In this document: one piece after another, positions 18,622 to 28,475 of the stretch
Layout of the letters: every line of letters starts with the position of its first letter
Numbering within the stretch: the stretch's first letter is position 1
DNA from: Longimicrobiales bacterium
GTDB lineage: Bacteria; Gemmatimonadota; Gemmatimonadetes; Longimicrobiales; Gaopeijiaceae
Reading direction: 5' to 3'
DNA length: 64,000 nucleotides
Assembly (NCBI GenBank): GCA_965219445.1
Contig: CBDCNQ010000004.1
Location: 224,001-288,000 of the forward strand
The notes under the pieces: generated by a model
Told to the model about the DNA's origin: nothing
The model's input: the letters and a program-made list of their open reading frames with translations, nothing else
Database searches by the model: none
Position numbers and translations under genes: made by a program

Positions 18622-21528
18622 CACCTCACCGAACGCCGCCGTCAGTGCCGCCGGCGCCGTGTCGTCCGTGTCGTCGTCGGCGTCGGCGGCGGCCTCGGGA
18701 CCCGGGATCGTCAGCGTCGCCGGCACCTGCGTCAGCACCGTCCCGCCCGCGGTGCAGATGCCGCCCGAGGCGCAGGCCGCGTCCGCCACCAACGTGAACG
18801 TCACGTCACCGTCGCCTTCGGGGGTCAGGAAGAACAGCCAGGCGTGTGCGAGTCCGTCTTCCGTATGGGCCTGCACCGCGCTGATGGTTCCGCCCGTGAC
18901 CTGCACCGACGGCGTGTTCGCTGCGAATGCCGCCACCGCCTCGCTGAAGGTCACCACTACCTGCGGCCGGTCGTCCGATCCCGTGTGCCGCGTCGAGGCG
19001 AACCGGCTCGCCGGGAAGCTCGCCGACAGCGCGGCTCCGTCATCCTCGTCTGCCGTCGCCGCGGCGACCGTGAACGACACCGAGCGCGTCTGCAGCGCGG
19101 TGCCCCCGCCATCGGGGTCGGCGTAGGCCGTCGCCTGCAGCGTGTAGGCGCCCGGCGGCAACCCCTCGCCGCCGTCGGCGTACAGCGTGTAGGGCGCCGC
19201 GTTGTCCGTGCGGGTCACCGTCTTCGCCCCCGACAGCGCCAGCCGCAGGCTCCCGATCGCCGCCTCCGGTATCGTCTCCACCCGGACCCCGTACTGTCCG
19301 GTCGCCGGCGCGTCCAGCGTGACCTCGGTCCCGTCCGTGAGCGACCCGACATCCGTCCCAGCCGCCGCGTCCACCAGGGTGAAGCCCACGAGCACGTCCT
19401 CATGGTTGTAGATCAAGCCGGCGGCGCGCTCGACTCCGAGACGCGCGCCCGAGACGTTGCTCAGCAGCAGCGCGAACGACTCGCCGCTGTCCTCCACCGT
19501 GTCGTCGACGATCGGCACCGACACGGTCTTCTCCGTCTCGCCCCGCGCGAAGGTCAGCGTCCCGGCCGTCGCCTGATAGTCCTCGGGCGCCGTCGCGCTG
19601 CGGTCCTCGGTGTGGTAGTCCACCGTCACCGTCGAGCTCGCGGCCGGGTGGAGTTCCACCGTGAAGTCGACGGCCGCGTTCCGGCTTTCCCGCGCCAATG
19701 CGATCCAGACCCGGATCGTCGGGGCACCGGACACCGCCGTCCTGCCGTCGACGCGCCGCGCGCGGCCGTGGCCCACCGCGTTCACCGCGCGCACCTCGAA
19801 GCTGTATTTCCTCCCCTCCGAGAGCCCGTCGCTGTGTGTGTAGCCCGTCGTGCTCGCACTGCTGCCCGGGATGGTGGCCCAAAGGGTGAAACCGGGGCTG
19901 ACCCTCGTGCGCCGGTACTGGTATTTCGTGATCGCCCGGCCGCCGTCGTACCGCCTCGTCCACGTCAGCGTGATCGACCGCCGGTCGCCGGGCCTCGCCC
20001 TGAGCTCCGGCGCGGACGGCACGTCCGGCGTCGTCGCGCTCTGGCTCGCCGCCGCGGAGCGCACCGTACCGGCTCGGATCCGCAGCGCGACCGTGTAGGC
20101 GGTCCCATTGGCGAGGCGGCTCACGGTGTGGCGGGTGGTCGTCGCGTCGCTGCCGGAGATGTCGGTCCAGGAGTTCCAGGTGTCGCCGCCGTCGGTGCTC
20201 AGCCGGTACTGGTACGCCTCCACGGCCACGGTCGAGGCCGCCGCCGTCCACGCCAGATCCACCTTGCGGATGCCCGCCGTCACCCCAAAGCCACTCGGGG
20301 CGTCCACGGGCAGGGCCTGCGTTGTCGCCCCCCGCTGGGCAGACGCGCCGCCACCTTCGGAATTCACGGCCCGGATCTGTATGACGTAGGTCGTCTCGTC
20401 GGCCAGACCGGTCACGGTGTGGCGGGTGGTCTGGTAGTTGCTGTTTGGAATCCTCGTCCAGGCGGTGTACGGGTGCGCACCCGATTGGTAGCGCACCTGG
20501 TAGTAATCGATACGGTTGAAGGTGGCCGGCGGCGTCTCCCAAGACAGCGCCACGCGCTGGAAGCCGCCCGCGGCGGCGAGATCCCTCGGCGCGAACGGCG
20601 ACTCGCTCCGGCGCGGCGTGAAGGTGATTTCGGCGTGCAGTCCAGGCCCGTCCGCGGTCACCGCCCGGAACTGGTAGGTATAGGAAACCCCACATGTGAA
20701 GGAACCACTGAGCTCCGTCGTAAGCGGATTACCAAGGTCCTGCTGCCAGTCATGGAAGGGTCGATTCCCAACCCTGTGCCGATTCTCGTACCTCGTGATC
20801 GCGGTGCCGCCGTTCGATGCGGGCGCCGACCAGTCCATCGTCACATAACATCCATCCGACAGCGTCACCGTGAGGTTGGTGGGGGGTGCACTGAGGCGTG
20901 AGCCCCCGAGTTGGATGCGGAGCGCCTCGTTGGACCCGGACTTAACCGTCCAGGTGCCGCTGTTGTTCCAGTAGAACTTGTCTTTGATGCTCCAGCCCGG
21001 GAAGGCAAAAACATCTTCTCCGCCGTCGGTGGTGGAGTCGAGTGTCACGCTCCCGGTGCCGTGCTGCTTGATCACCACCACGTAGTTGGTGTTCGCCGAG
21101 AGGGCGATGCCGGCGTGCGTGAACCTCACGAGCCCGGCCGTGAAGCTGCTCGGCGCCGTCAGGGCCGTGCAGGTGCTGGATGGAAACTCGTCCGCGCTGC
21201 CATCCTCCTCGCAGATCTCGACGTCGAAGTCGTCGCCCTCGGCGTCCTCGGAGTCGACGATCACGCTGGTGAGCGTGTAGCCGCGCGCGTGGGTACCCGT
21301 GTGGAACAGCTGCGCATGGTCGTTGCCATTGGTTTCGGCGCTGTCATCGGACCCTTTCGTGATGTTGCCCACGAAGGTGATCGTCTGCGCCTCCGCCGCG
21401 GCCGCCCCGAGGAGCAGCAGGCCCACGACGAGGACGGCGGCGGCGGCGCGGCCGGGACGGGCGTGCCGACGGGACCGGTCTCGATCCCGCGCCCCGGCGG
21501 GCGCGGCGGAGAGTCGCCGAGTCAACAC
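18622..21528 (-). CDS. Giant autotransporter adhesin, exon 1 (signal peptide, FN3 repeats, Calx-beta)
   Basis: Signal peptide ending AAEAQ; about four fibronectin III repeats (W..P..GG..IT.Y..R, Y...RAVN..G.G); Calx-beta; 2907 nt = 969 codons to the intron. Confidence 0.88.
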
Positions 21529-21572
21529 GCGAGTCCGGAACGCGACGTCCGGTAGCCCGCCTCGCGGCCGCC

Positions 21573-21784
21573 CGGACAGCTCCTCGTTCGCAGCACTCGC
21601 GGGCCCAATCAGGCGGGAACTTCCAGGCGGGAACTTCGGGAACTTGCTGAACGCATTTACACCATCCTGAACGGATGGCGTGAGGATTACCAGATGGGTT
21701 TTTTTCTGGCTCTAGGGGCAGTTTAATTGCGGGTACGGCGCGATCGTTATTCCGGGCGCGTTCCATGCCCACATCGCGGCGCTA
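21573..21784 (-). promoter_or_regulatory. Upstream leader copy 1 (adhesin)
   Basis: Homologous over ~200 nt to 22829..23014. Confidence 0.7.
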
Positions 21785-21885
21785 TTTCCTGCCGAAAGGG
21801 ACACGTCAAGGGCGCCTTCAGGGGGCGACAGGTCGGGGTGCCGAAGGCGCCCGCCTGCAGCGGCCGTCGCTGCGGCCCGACGCCC

Positions 21886-22806
21886 TCAGCCGCAGCTTTC
21901 GCCTCCCGCGGCGGGCTTCCCGGCCTCGGCCCGGAGCCAGTCCAGGAACACCCGCGCCTCGGGCTTCTCCCCGGAGCCTGGAGCGACCGCAAGGAAGTAG
22001 CGCGCCGGGGCCGCGACCGGCGGCTCGAACAGCGTCACCAGCGTTCCGCGCTCGAGATAGGGCACGATCAGCAGGGAGTGACCGAGCGCGACGCCCATGC
22101 CCTCGAGCGCCGCCTGGACCATCATCGAGTACAGACGGTACCCCGACGCCTGGGACATGTCCGGCGCGCCGGCCTCCCTGCAGGCAAACCAGTGCGCCCA
22201 GTATTCCTCCCAGGCCAGATCGTAGAGCAGCGGCCATCCATGCAGATCGGCCGGGTGCACGGGCCGCCCCCTCGATGCAAGAAAGGCCGGGCTGCACACC
22301 GGGACGAGCGTTTCCTCGAATAGCACCTCGCTCTGCACGGTGCGCGGGACCCCGGCGACGAATGCGATCCAGACGTCGAACGCGCGCCGTGCGGGATCGA
22401 CCTCGTAGTGATCGGTCTCGAACTCGATGACGATCTCGGGGTGCGCGCGCCGGAACCCGGCGAGCCGCGGCATCAGCCACAGCTCGGCGAAGGCCTCCAC
22501 GGTGACGAGCTTCAGCGTCCCGGCATTCGCGCCGGCACGAAAGCGCTCGGTAGCCTTGTCGAGAACGGAGAGGGTGTGCTGGACCTCCACGAGGAACGCC
22601 TGTCCACGCGTGCTCAGGGCGAGACCCTGCGGTTGGCGTTCGAACAGCTGCTCCCCGAGGTAATGCTCGAGCGTCCTGACACGATGGGCGACGGCGCCGG
22701 ACGTCACGCCGAGCTCGCGTGCCGCCTCGGCGAAACTCTCGTGCCGCCCGGCCACGTCGAAGAAACGAAACACCTCCAGCGGCGGCCAGCCTACCGCCTT
22801 ATCCAT
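21886..22806 (-). CDS. LysR-family regulator, GcvA-like
   Basis: PPL...FDVAGRHESFAEAARELGVTSGAVAHRVRTLE HTH; WLMPRLAGF; GMGVALG. Confidence 0.93.
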   Translation of the reverse strand: MDKAVGWPPLEVFRFFDVAGRHESFAEAARELGVTSGAVAHRVRTLEHYLGEQLFERQPQGLALSTRGQAFLVEVQHTLSVLDKATERFRAGANAGTLKLVTVEAFAELWLMPRLAGFRRAHPEIVIEFETDHYEVDPARRAFDVWIAFVAGVPRTVQSEVLFEETLVPVCSPAFLASRGRPVHPADLHGWPLLYDLAWEEYWAHWFACREAGAPDMSQASGYRLYSMMVQAALEGMGVALGHSLLIVPYLERGTLVTLFEPPVAAPARYFLAVAPGSGEKPEARVFLDWLRAEAGKPAAGGESCG

Positions 22807-22828
22807 GTTTCCGACCCCGGCTCCCGCT

Positions 22829-23014
22829 CGGACAGCTCTTCATTCGCAGCACTCGGTGACGCAACCACGAGGGAACTTGCTCAACGCATCTGTAACATTC
22901 TTAATCGGTAGTTTGAAGACTTCAAGATGGGTTTTATTCTGGCTCTAGCCGCAATTTAATTTCGGGTACGGCGCGATCGATTCCGGGCGGGTCCCATACT
23001 CGCATCGCGCCGCT
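22829..23014 (-). promoter_or_regulatory. Upstream leader copy 2 (LysR)
   Basis: Shares GGACAGCTC..TTCGCAGCACTCG, GGGAACTTGCT.AACGCAT, AGATGGGTTTT.TTCTGGCTCTAG, TTTAATT.CGGGTACGGCGCGATCG with copy 1. Confidence 0.7.
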
Positions 23015-23015
23015 G

Positions 23016-23345
23016 TGACCTGCCCCCAAGAGCGGTACCACATTCTATGTTAGTCCCAGCACCTGTGGAGGGCCGTGAAGGACGGGCATCCTCAGGAACC
23101 AGGGCGACGGCTTAATCGCCTCAGGGGCCGGGGGAAAGCCGCCGCAGGCGCTGTGGGGTCGGACGGTATTGTACTCGCGCCTCCATTGCTCGACCAGCAC
23201 GGCCGCCTGCGCCAACGAGCAGAAGATCTCCCCGTTCAACAGCTCGTCCCTGAGCTTGCCGTTGAAGCTCTCGTTGTAGCCGTTCTCCCACGGGCTGCCC
23301 GGCTCGATAAAGAGCATCTCGACGCCCACGCGGGTCCGAGGCACG
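23016..23345 (-). mobile_element. IS3-family remnant (C-terminal integrase core plus one terminus)
   Basis: FIEPGSPWENGYNESFNGKLRDELLN..WRREYNTVRPHSA; terminus TGACCTGCCCCC at 23016. Confidence 0.85.
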
Positions 23346-23737
23346 CCCGCAAGGGAGAAGGAGAAGTGATCTACAGGCATGGGAGCAACCCGGGCTCGCC
23401 GAAGCGGCGGAGACCGCAAGGCATGAGGAGCGAGGCCATGGGCGAACCTACCGGATAGAGGACCGTTCCACGTGGCAATGGCAAGCCCGTGGTGGCCTTG
23501 AACGCCTTCGGTCTACGCGTCCCTCGGATGCGATCTGAGACAACGGCAAGGATTCCCGCCAATCGACTCCGGCTTTCCGGCTATTGTGACACGATGGAGT
23601 CAGATATCGTCCGACGGCAAGTGCGGCAGATCGTGCAGTCCTAGTTGAACTTAGACGATTTCTTGCCGGGGTTCACGCTCACTGGGATGTGCCTGATGTG
23701 CACTCGCCGATCAGCACCGACGCTCGCCGATCCGCGT

Positions 23738-24050
23738 TCAAAATCCGCCTCCAGGGAGCCGCCTCGAGCGCCATGTCGCGAAGCCGTGGATCATCGTTCC
23801 GGGAGTCGAGGATCGGTGGAGGTCCTTCAGCTCGACGATCCGCTTGAGGCAGGCCTGCAAGCCGCCGTACTCCATGAGGACCCGGACATCACCCTTGATG
23901 ATGGCCCGGTCGATCCGGTCGATCTCGCGGCCGATTTCGTGGTCGAATTCGGAGGGGTGGGGATCTCGCGCCCAGTTGGCGAGCACCGTCTCCGCCCGGC
24001 TCCGCTCCTGCCAGGTCCGGGCCACAGCGACGACTTCGATCCTTGCGCCT
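23738..24050 (-). pseudogene. C-terminal third of a homolog of 3129..4061
   Basis: IEVVAVART..W..EIDRIDRAIIKGD..EYGGLQACLKR aligns with VEVVAVART..W..ELARIERAILQGA..EFGGLQAALKR. Confidence 0.85.
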
Positions 24051-24051
24051 G

Positions 24052-24222
24052 GCATTGGCGCTGGCCGCCGTCTTGGCCGCCCTCTACGCCGTCGCGCGCG
24101 CCGCAGGGCTCGCCGATCTGGGACGCCGCGTCGATCTCGCCGAGCGCTCCGTTCGGCGCGGCGAGGGCGACCCGGCCCTCACCGACGCGCTCCGCAGAGA
24201 CGCCGAGGGCGACTGGGAATGA
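24052..24222 (+). pseudogene. 3' fragment of small membrane protein
   Basis: ALALAAVLAALYAVARAAGLADLGRRVDLAERSVRRGEGDPALTDALRRDAEGDWE*, ATGA overlap with next gene, no clear start. Confidence 0.5.
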
Positions 24223-24665
24223 ACGCGGAGACCGGGCGCGCGGCGGGCCGACGAGATCGACCCAAACGTGCGCGCACACCTCGCGGCGCGTCCGTCGAGA
24301 CCCTGCCAGTCACCTGGCGGACGCAGGCCAAGGCGCTCCGCCGGTACGGGGGCGAGACGCCGGCCGTCGCGCTCGAAAGCTGCGCGGCCGAGCTCGAGGC
24401 CACGCTCAGGGAGAGGGACGAGACCACCCTCTCGCTGACGGAGGCAGCCAGGGAGAGCGGCTACTCCGCTGACCATCTCGGCCGCCTCGTGCGCGACGGC
24501 AGGATCCCCAACGCCGGAAGACCCGGCGCGCCCAGGATCGCCCGCTCGATCCTGCCACGGAAGACCCAGGCGCCAGCCACACCGCGACTGGTGGAAAAGC
24601 ATCGCCGAGGCGAAGTTTCCAACGCGCAGATCGTGCAGTCCATCATCGAGAGAGGAATCGAATGA
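24219..24665 (+). CDS. Excisionase-like HTH DNA-binding protein
   Basis: LSLTEAARESGYSADHLGRLVRDGRIPNAG (MerR/HTH_17-like); coupled to the integrase. Confidence 0.75.
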   Translation: MNAETGRAAGRRDRPKRARTPRGASVETLPVTWRTQAKALRRYGGETPAVALESCAAELEATLRERDETTLSLTEAARESGYSADHLGRLVRDGRIPNAGRPGAPRIARSILPRKTQAPATPRLVEKHRRGEVSNAQIVQSIIERGIE

Positions 24666-25825
24666 TGGCACGCACGAAACCTATCCGGCGCTCCTACGGC
24701 GCCGGCGAATGGGGCCGGAACCGGGTACGGGTCTTTCCCGATCCCAAGACCGGCCTGTTCCAGATCGAGTGGCGCGAGAACGGGCGCAGACTCACAAGGT
24801 CGCTGAAGCACCACGACTGGAGACGGGCCAAGACGCAGGCGGACGAGTTCGCCGCTGGCTACCTCGGGCCGGAGCTCCACCGCAAGGCGGAAGCCGAGTC
24901 CGAGCCGCTCACCCTGGAGACGCTTTTTGACATCTACGGTGAAGAGGTGACGCCGACCAAGCGTGGACAGTCGCGGCTGCACGACAGGGCCGCGATGAGG
25001 ACGTTCCTCGGGTGCTTCGGACGGAACCGCGACCCCGCCACGCTGTCCCAGCGGGACTGGGACCGGTTCATCCGGGAGCGGCGCGCGGGCAGAGCCGGCC
25101 GCAGCGGCAAGCCGGTGGCCGACCGGACGATCGAACGGGACCTCAAGTTCCTGCTCGCGGTCCTCAACTGGGCCGCGAGGTCGAGGGACGAGAGGGGAAG
25201 GCTCTTGCTCGAGTCCAACCCCCTCAGGGGCCTCAAGACGCCGAAGGAGAAGAATCCTACCCGGGTGCTGCTCACTGAGGCGGAATACGAGGCCATGCTT
25301 CGGGTGTCCGTGGAGGTGGACTGGCGCTTTCACGTCGCTCTCGTGCTCGCGCACGAGACGGGACACCGCATCGGCGCCATCCGTCAGTTGCGATGGTCCG
25401 ACATCGACATGGAAGCTCGTGTCATCCGGTGGCGAGGCGAGCATGAGAAGACCGGCTACGAGCACCGGACCCCGGTGAGTGCCGAAGCGCTCGGCGTCCT
25501 CGAAGAGGCGCGGTGGCGGAACCCCGGGATCGGGGACCTTCCGGTGTTGCCCGCGCCCAAGCATGCCTCGATGTGCGTGGGCCAGTGGCCGATCCGTGAC
25601 TGGTGGGAGAAGGCCGAGGTGCTCGCAGGGCTGGAACCCAAGCGTGGGCGCGGCTGGCACTCACTGAGGCGGAAGTTCGCCTCCGACCTCATGGACCAGC
25701 CGCTCAAGGTCCTCTGCCAACTCGGCGGCTGGAAGACGGCCCAGACAGTGCTCCAGTGCTACCAGCGGGCCGACGAGGACCAGCTCAGGAAGGCTCTGGA
25801 GAGCCGACGCAGAGTTCGCGCCTGA
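24662..25825 (+). CDS. Tyrosine recombinase (Int3), complete
   Basis: N-terminal arm-binding-like region plus ETGHRIG, HEKTG, HSLRRKF, GGWK, CYQ. Confidence 0.95.
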   Translation: MMARTKPIRRSYGAGEWGRNRVRVFPDPKTGLFQIEWRENGRRLTRSLKHHDWRRAKTQADEFAAGYLGPELHRKAEAESEPLTLETLFDIYGEEVTPTKRGQSRLHDRAAMRTFLGCFGRNRDPATLSQRDWDRFIRERRAGRAGRSGKPVADRTIERDLKFLLAVLNWAARSRDERGRLLLESNPLRGLKTPKEKNPTRVLLTEAEYEAMLRVSVEVDWRFHVALVLAHETGHRIGAIRQLRWSDIDMEARVIRWRGEHEKTGYEHRTPVSAEALGVLEEARWRNPGIGDLPVLPAPKHASMCVGQWPIRDWWEKAEVLAGLEPKRGRGWHSLRRKFASDLMDQPLKVLCQLGGWKTAQTVLQCYQRADEDQLRKALESRRRVRA

Positions 25826-25827
25826 GG

Positions 25828-25919
25828 CCAATCGGCGGGAATCAGATGGCGGGAATCCGGCCAGCGAAGCCCGTAAGTTCAATAATCACATAAACATCCA
25901 AAACTGTGGGCGTTTGCCT
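25828..25919 (+). other. Putative element end (att-like) downstream of Int3
   Basis: Homologous to 941..1030; abuts truncated dctM. Confidence 0.7.
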
Positions 25920-26495
25920 TCCCGTCAGGATCAGCCCCGGGATCAAACCCGCGCGGAAAAGCGCGCCGACCGACACTCCCATTTGATCTCCGAGCACGAT
26001 CAACACGATGCTGGGTGGGATGATCTGCCCCAAGGTGCCGGCGGCGGCGATGACCCCGACCGTCAGCTCGTCCTTGTAGCCGTTTCGCATCATGACCGGG
26101 AGCGAGATCAGCCCCATCGCGGTGACCGACGCCCCAACCACACCGGTCGCCGCGGCGAGCAGCGCTCCCACGCCGATCACGCCGATGGCCAACCCGCCTC
26201 GAAAACGGCCGAACAGAATGCCGATCGTCTCCAGAAGGTCCTCGGCCAGGTCGGACTTTTCTAGGACCGTACCCATGAATATGAAGAAGGGGACGGCCAG
26301 GAGCGTGTAGTTCGCCATGATCCCGAACGTCCGGTCCGGAAGCGCCCGCAGGAGGACGAGATCGAAATGCCCTGCCAGTGACCCTAGGAGAGAAAAAATC
26401 AAGGCGGCGCCGGCGAGCGCAAACGCGACCGGGTACCCCGTGAAGATGAGGACGAGTGTCCCCAGGAACATGGCCGGGCCCCAAATCTCTCCCAC
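25920..26495 (-). pseudogene. dctM: TRAP transporter large permease, 3' half missing
   Basis: [25 protein letters not shown]; homology stops at [10 protein letters not shown] after ~190 aa. Confidence 0.88.
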
Positions 26496-26511
26496 TATTC
26501 GTGCTCGTCCA

Positions 26512-27093
26512 CTAGGTGCGCTCGCGTGGCGATCCGACGTCATTCCCGAGGACCTCCGCCCCGGGGGGCCCTCCGTCGGGCTGGGCCAGGATCGCGGCGT
26601 TCTTCACGATTTGGCTGAGCGCTTGAAGGAGGAGCAGGAAAAACGACACGAGGATGACGGTCTTGATGGGATAGCGCGCCAGACCACCGGGGTCGGGCGA
26701 CGTCTCGAGGATGGCCCAGCTATTCGCGACCGGTCCCCACGAAACCCAGAGCATCACCAATGCGAAGGGGGCGAGGAAGAGAGCGGACCCGATCAGGTCG
26801 ATCCACGCGCGTGCCCGGCGCCCCAAGCGCGCGTACAGCACGTCCACACGAACGTGGTAGTCATGGTTCAGTCCGTACGCCGCGCCCATCAGAAAGATGA
26901 GGCTGAAGAGGTACCATTGGAGCTCGAGATACGCATTCGAACTCAGCGACACGCCGGTGAAGCGAGTCGCGTAACGGGCGATGGCGTTGAACGCTCCGAT
27001 GATCACCATGACCAGCGTGAGCCACTGGATGGCCGAGCCGATCCGGTCATTGAGCCGGTCAATCGCGGCGGAGATTCGCCGGAGCGACGTCAC
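26512..27093 (-). CDS. dctQ: TRAP transporter small permease
   Basis: [24 protein letters not shown]. Confidence 0.92.
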   Translation of the reverse strand: MTSLRRISAAIDRLNDRIGSAIQWLTLVMVIIGAFNAIARYATRFTGVSLSSNAYLELQWYLFSLIFLMGAAYGLNHDYHVRVDVLYARLGRRARAWIDLIGSALFLAPFALVMLWVSWGPVANSWAILETSPDPGGLARYPIKTVILVSFFLLLLQALSQIVKNAAILAQPDGGPPGAEVLGNDVGSPRERT

Positions 27094-27096
27094 CCG

Positions 27097-28125
27097 CTAG
27101 GGAGCCCCAGCAGCCCCGGAGTCGACACCCAGCTGCCGCATTATGGCCTGGCCGATCTCACGCAGCGTTTCTACCCCGTGCACGTCGTGCGGCAGAAGGT
27201 CTAGGTGGACTCGTCGGAGGCTCGAAAACGTCTGGTCGATCTCGTCCCTGTACTCGTGTTCCTGAACCCGTCGCTCCCGGAGAAAGTCACCCTCCGCATC
27301 GGGCGGCAACAGACGGTTCACGATCATTCCCGCCACTGGCACGTCGAACTTGCCGAGCAAGTCGAGCGTCTTCTTGCTCTCGAGAATAGGGAGCCGCTCC
27401 GCGGTGAGCACGAGCAAGAAGGCCGTAACCGTCGGGTCGGTCAGGAGAGAGCGCGCCCGATGGAACTTCCGGCGCCGGGTCAGAAGAATGTCTTGGATTC
27501 GGCCGTCGCGGCTGTCGTTGGGCTCCTCCTTCGACCCCCCGATCATCCCGAACTCGTCCTCCCTCGAGTGATCACGACCGAAGACCTTGAGCAGCTCCCC
27601 CAATCGTCGCGACCGGTCCTGATGGCCGAGCATACCGTCGGTCCAGGCGGACAGCACCTCGGGCAAGGAGAGAAGGCGGATCGTGTGCCCGGTCGGGGCC
27701 GTGTCGAAGATCAGCAGATCGAAGCGGCTCCTCGCGTCCGTCATGAGATCGGCCACACGCTCGAGCAGCGCGGCCTCCATCGTGCCGGGGGAATGACGGG
27801 CGAGCTCGAGCTGACGGTCAATCTCCCCGTACATCTTGGGAGCGACCAACGACTTCATGCTCATCTTGACGGTCGCGATATGGCGCTCGGCTTCGGCCTC
27901 GGGATCGATCTCCAAGCCCGCGAGATTCGGGGCAAGAGGGGTCTCTACGTTTCCGACCCGTATGTCGAAAACGTCGCCGAGCGAATGCGCGGGGTCGGTC
28001 GAGACGAGCAGCGTCGAGCGCCCTGCTTCGCCCGCCATCAGCGCGAGCGCACCGGCAGTCGTGGTCTTGCCGACCCCACCCTTGCCGCCCACGAAGATGA
28101 TGCGCCGGTCGAAAAGCTGATCCAC
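27097..28125 (-). CDS. ArsA/GET3-family ATPase
   Basis: GGKGGVGKTT, STDPAHSL, DTAPTGH. Confidence 0.92.
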   Translation of the reverse strand: MDQLFDRRIIFVGGKGGVGKTTTAGALALMAGEAGRSTLLVSTDPAHSLGDVFDIRVGNVETPLAPNLAGLEIDPEAEAERHIATVKMSMKSLVAPKMYGEIDRQLELARHSPGTMEAALLERVADLMTDARSRFDLLIFDTAPTGHTIRLLSLPEVLSAWTDGMLGHQDRSRRLGELLKVFGRDHSREDEFGMIGGSKEEPNDSRDGRIQDILLTRRRKFHRARSLLTDPTVTAFLLVLTAERLPILESKKTLDLLGKFDVPVAGMIVNRLLPPDAEGDFLRERRVQEHEYRDEIDQTFSSLRRVHLDLLPHDVHGVETLREIGQAIMRQLGVDSGAAGAP

Positions 28126-28160
28126 GGTCTGCTACGACTCCTGCGAAGTCTCCCTTAGAA

Positions 28161-28195
28161 GGGTGATCGGAACGGGGGGCGGATTCCGATCACCC
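28161..28195. terminator. 12-bp perfect hairpin between CC-terminated gene and ArsA-family gene
   Basis: GGGTGATCGGAA-N11-TTCCGATCACCC; weak U-tract, function uncertain. Confidence 0.4.
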
Positions 28196-28196
28196 C

Positions 28197-28469
28197 TCAG
28201 CAACATCTGAAGTCGTCGAGAGGCGAATGATCCATGCCCATGCGGGTATGCCACTCGTGAAACCGTTCCAGCAAGACCGGCTGCAACTCCAGCGTGTAAT
28301 ACGAAGCCGGGTTCGGAACCCCCATCATCTCCGAGAAGATGAGCAGCATGAAGAGATCGTCCTGGTCCCGCTTCGCTCGAGCCACCGCGCCCCTGTACGG
28401 CACGTGGTAGACTTCGGAAGCCAGATATGCCCACCAGCGGAGCTTCTTCTTGATGTCAGCCCACTTCAT
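28197..28469 (-). CDS. Small CstA-associated protein ending in CC (cory-CC-star type)
   Basis: DLFMLLIFSEMMGVPNPASYYTLEL..FHEWHTRMGMDHSPLDDFRCC*; between cstA and ArsA-family gene. Confidence 0.85.
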   Translation of the reverse strand: MKWADIKKKLRWWAYLASEVYHVPYRGAVARAKRDQDDLFMLLIFSEMMGVPNPASYYTLELQPVLLERFHEWHTRMGMDHSPLDDFRCC

Positions 28470-28475
28470 TCTTGT

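Larger units (their letters stand above)
1031..23015. mobile_element. ICE-like integrative element (integrase, T4SS operon, TA remnant, adhesin, LysR); boundaries approximate
   Basis: Integrase at left end, contiguous virB operon, AlpA-type regulator, cargo genes; visibly higher GC than the region beyond 26 kb. Confidence 0.7.

Noticed and set aside
28161..28199. Sec read-through of RCC-TGA using the adjacent hairpin
   Set aside because: Loop is C-rich without a leading G, and this family normally ends in CC
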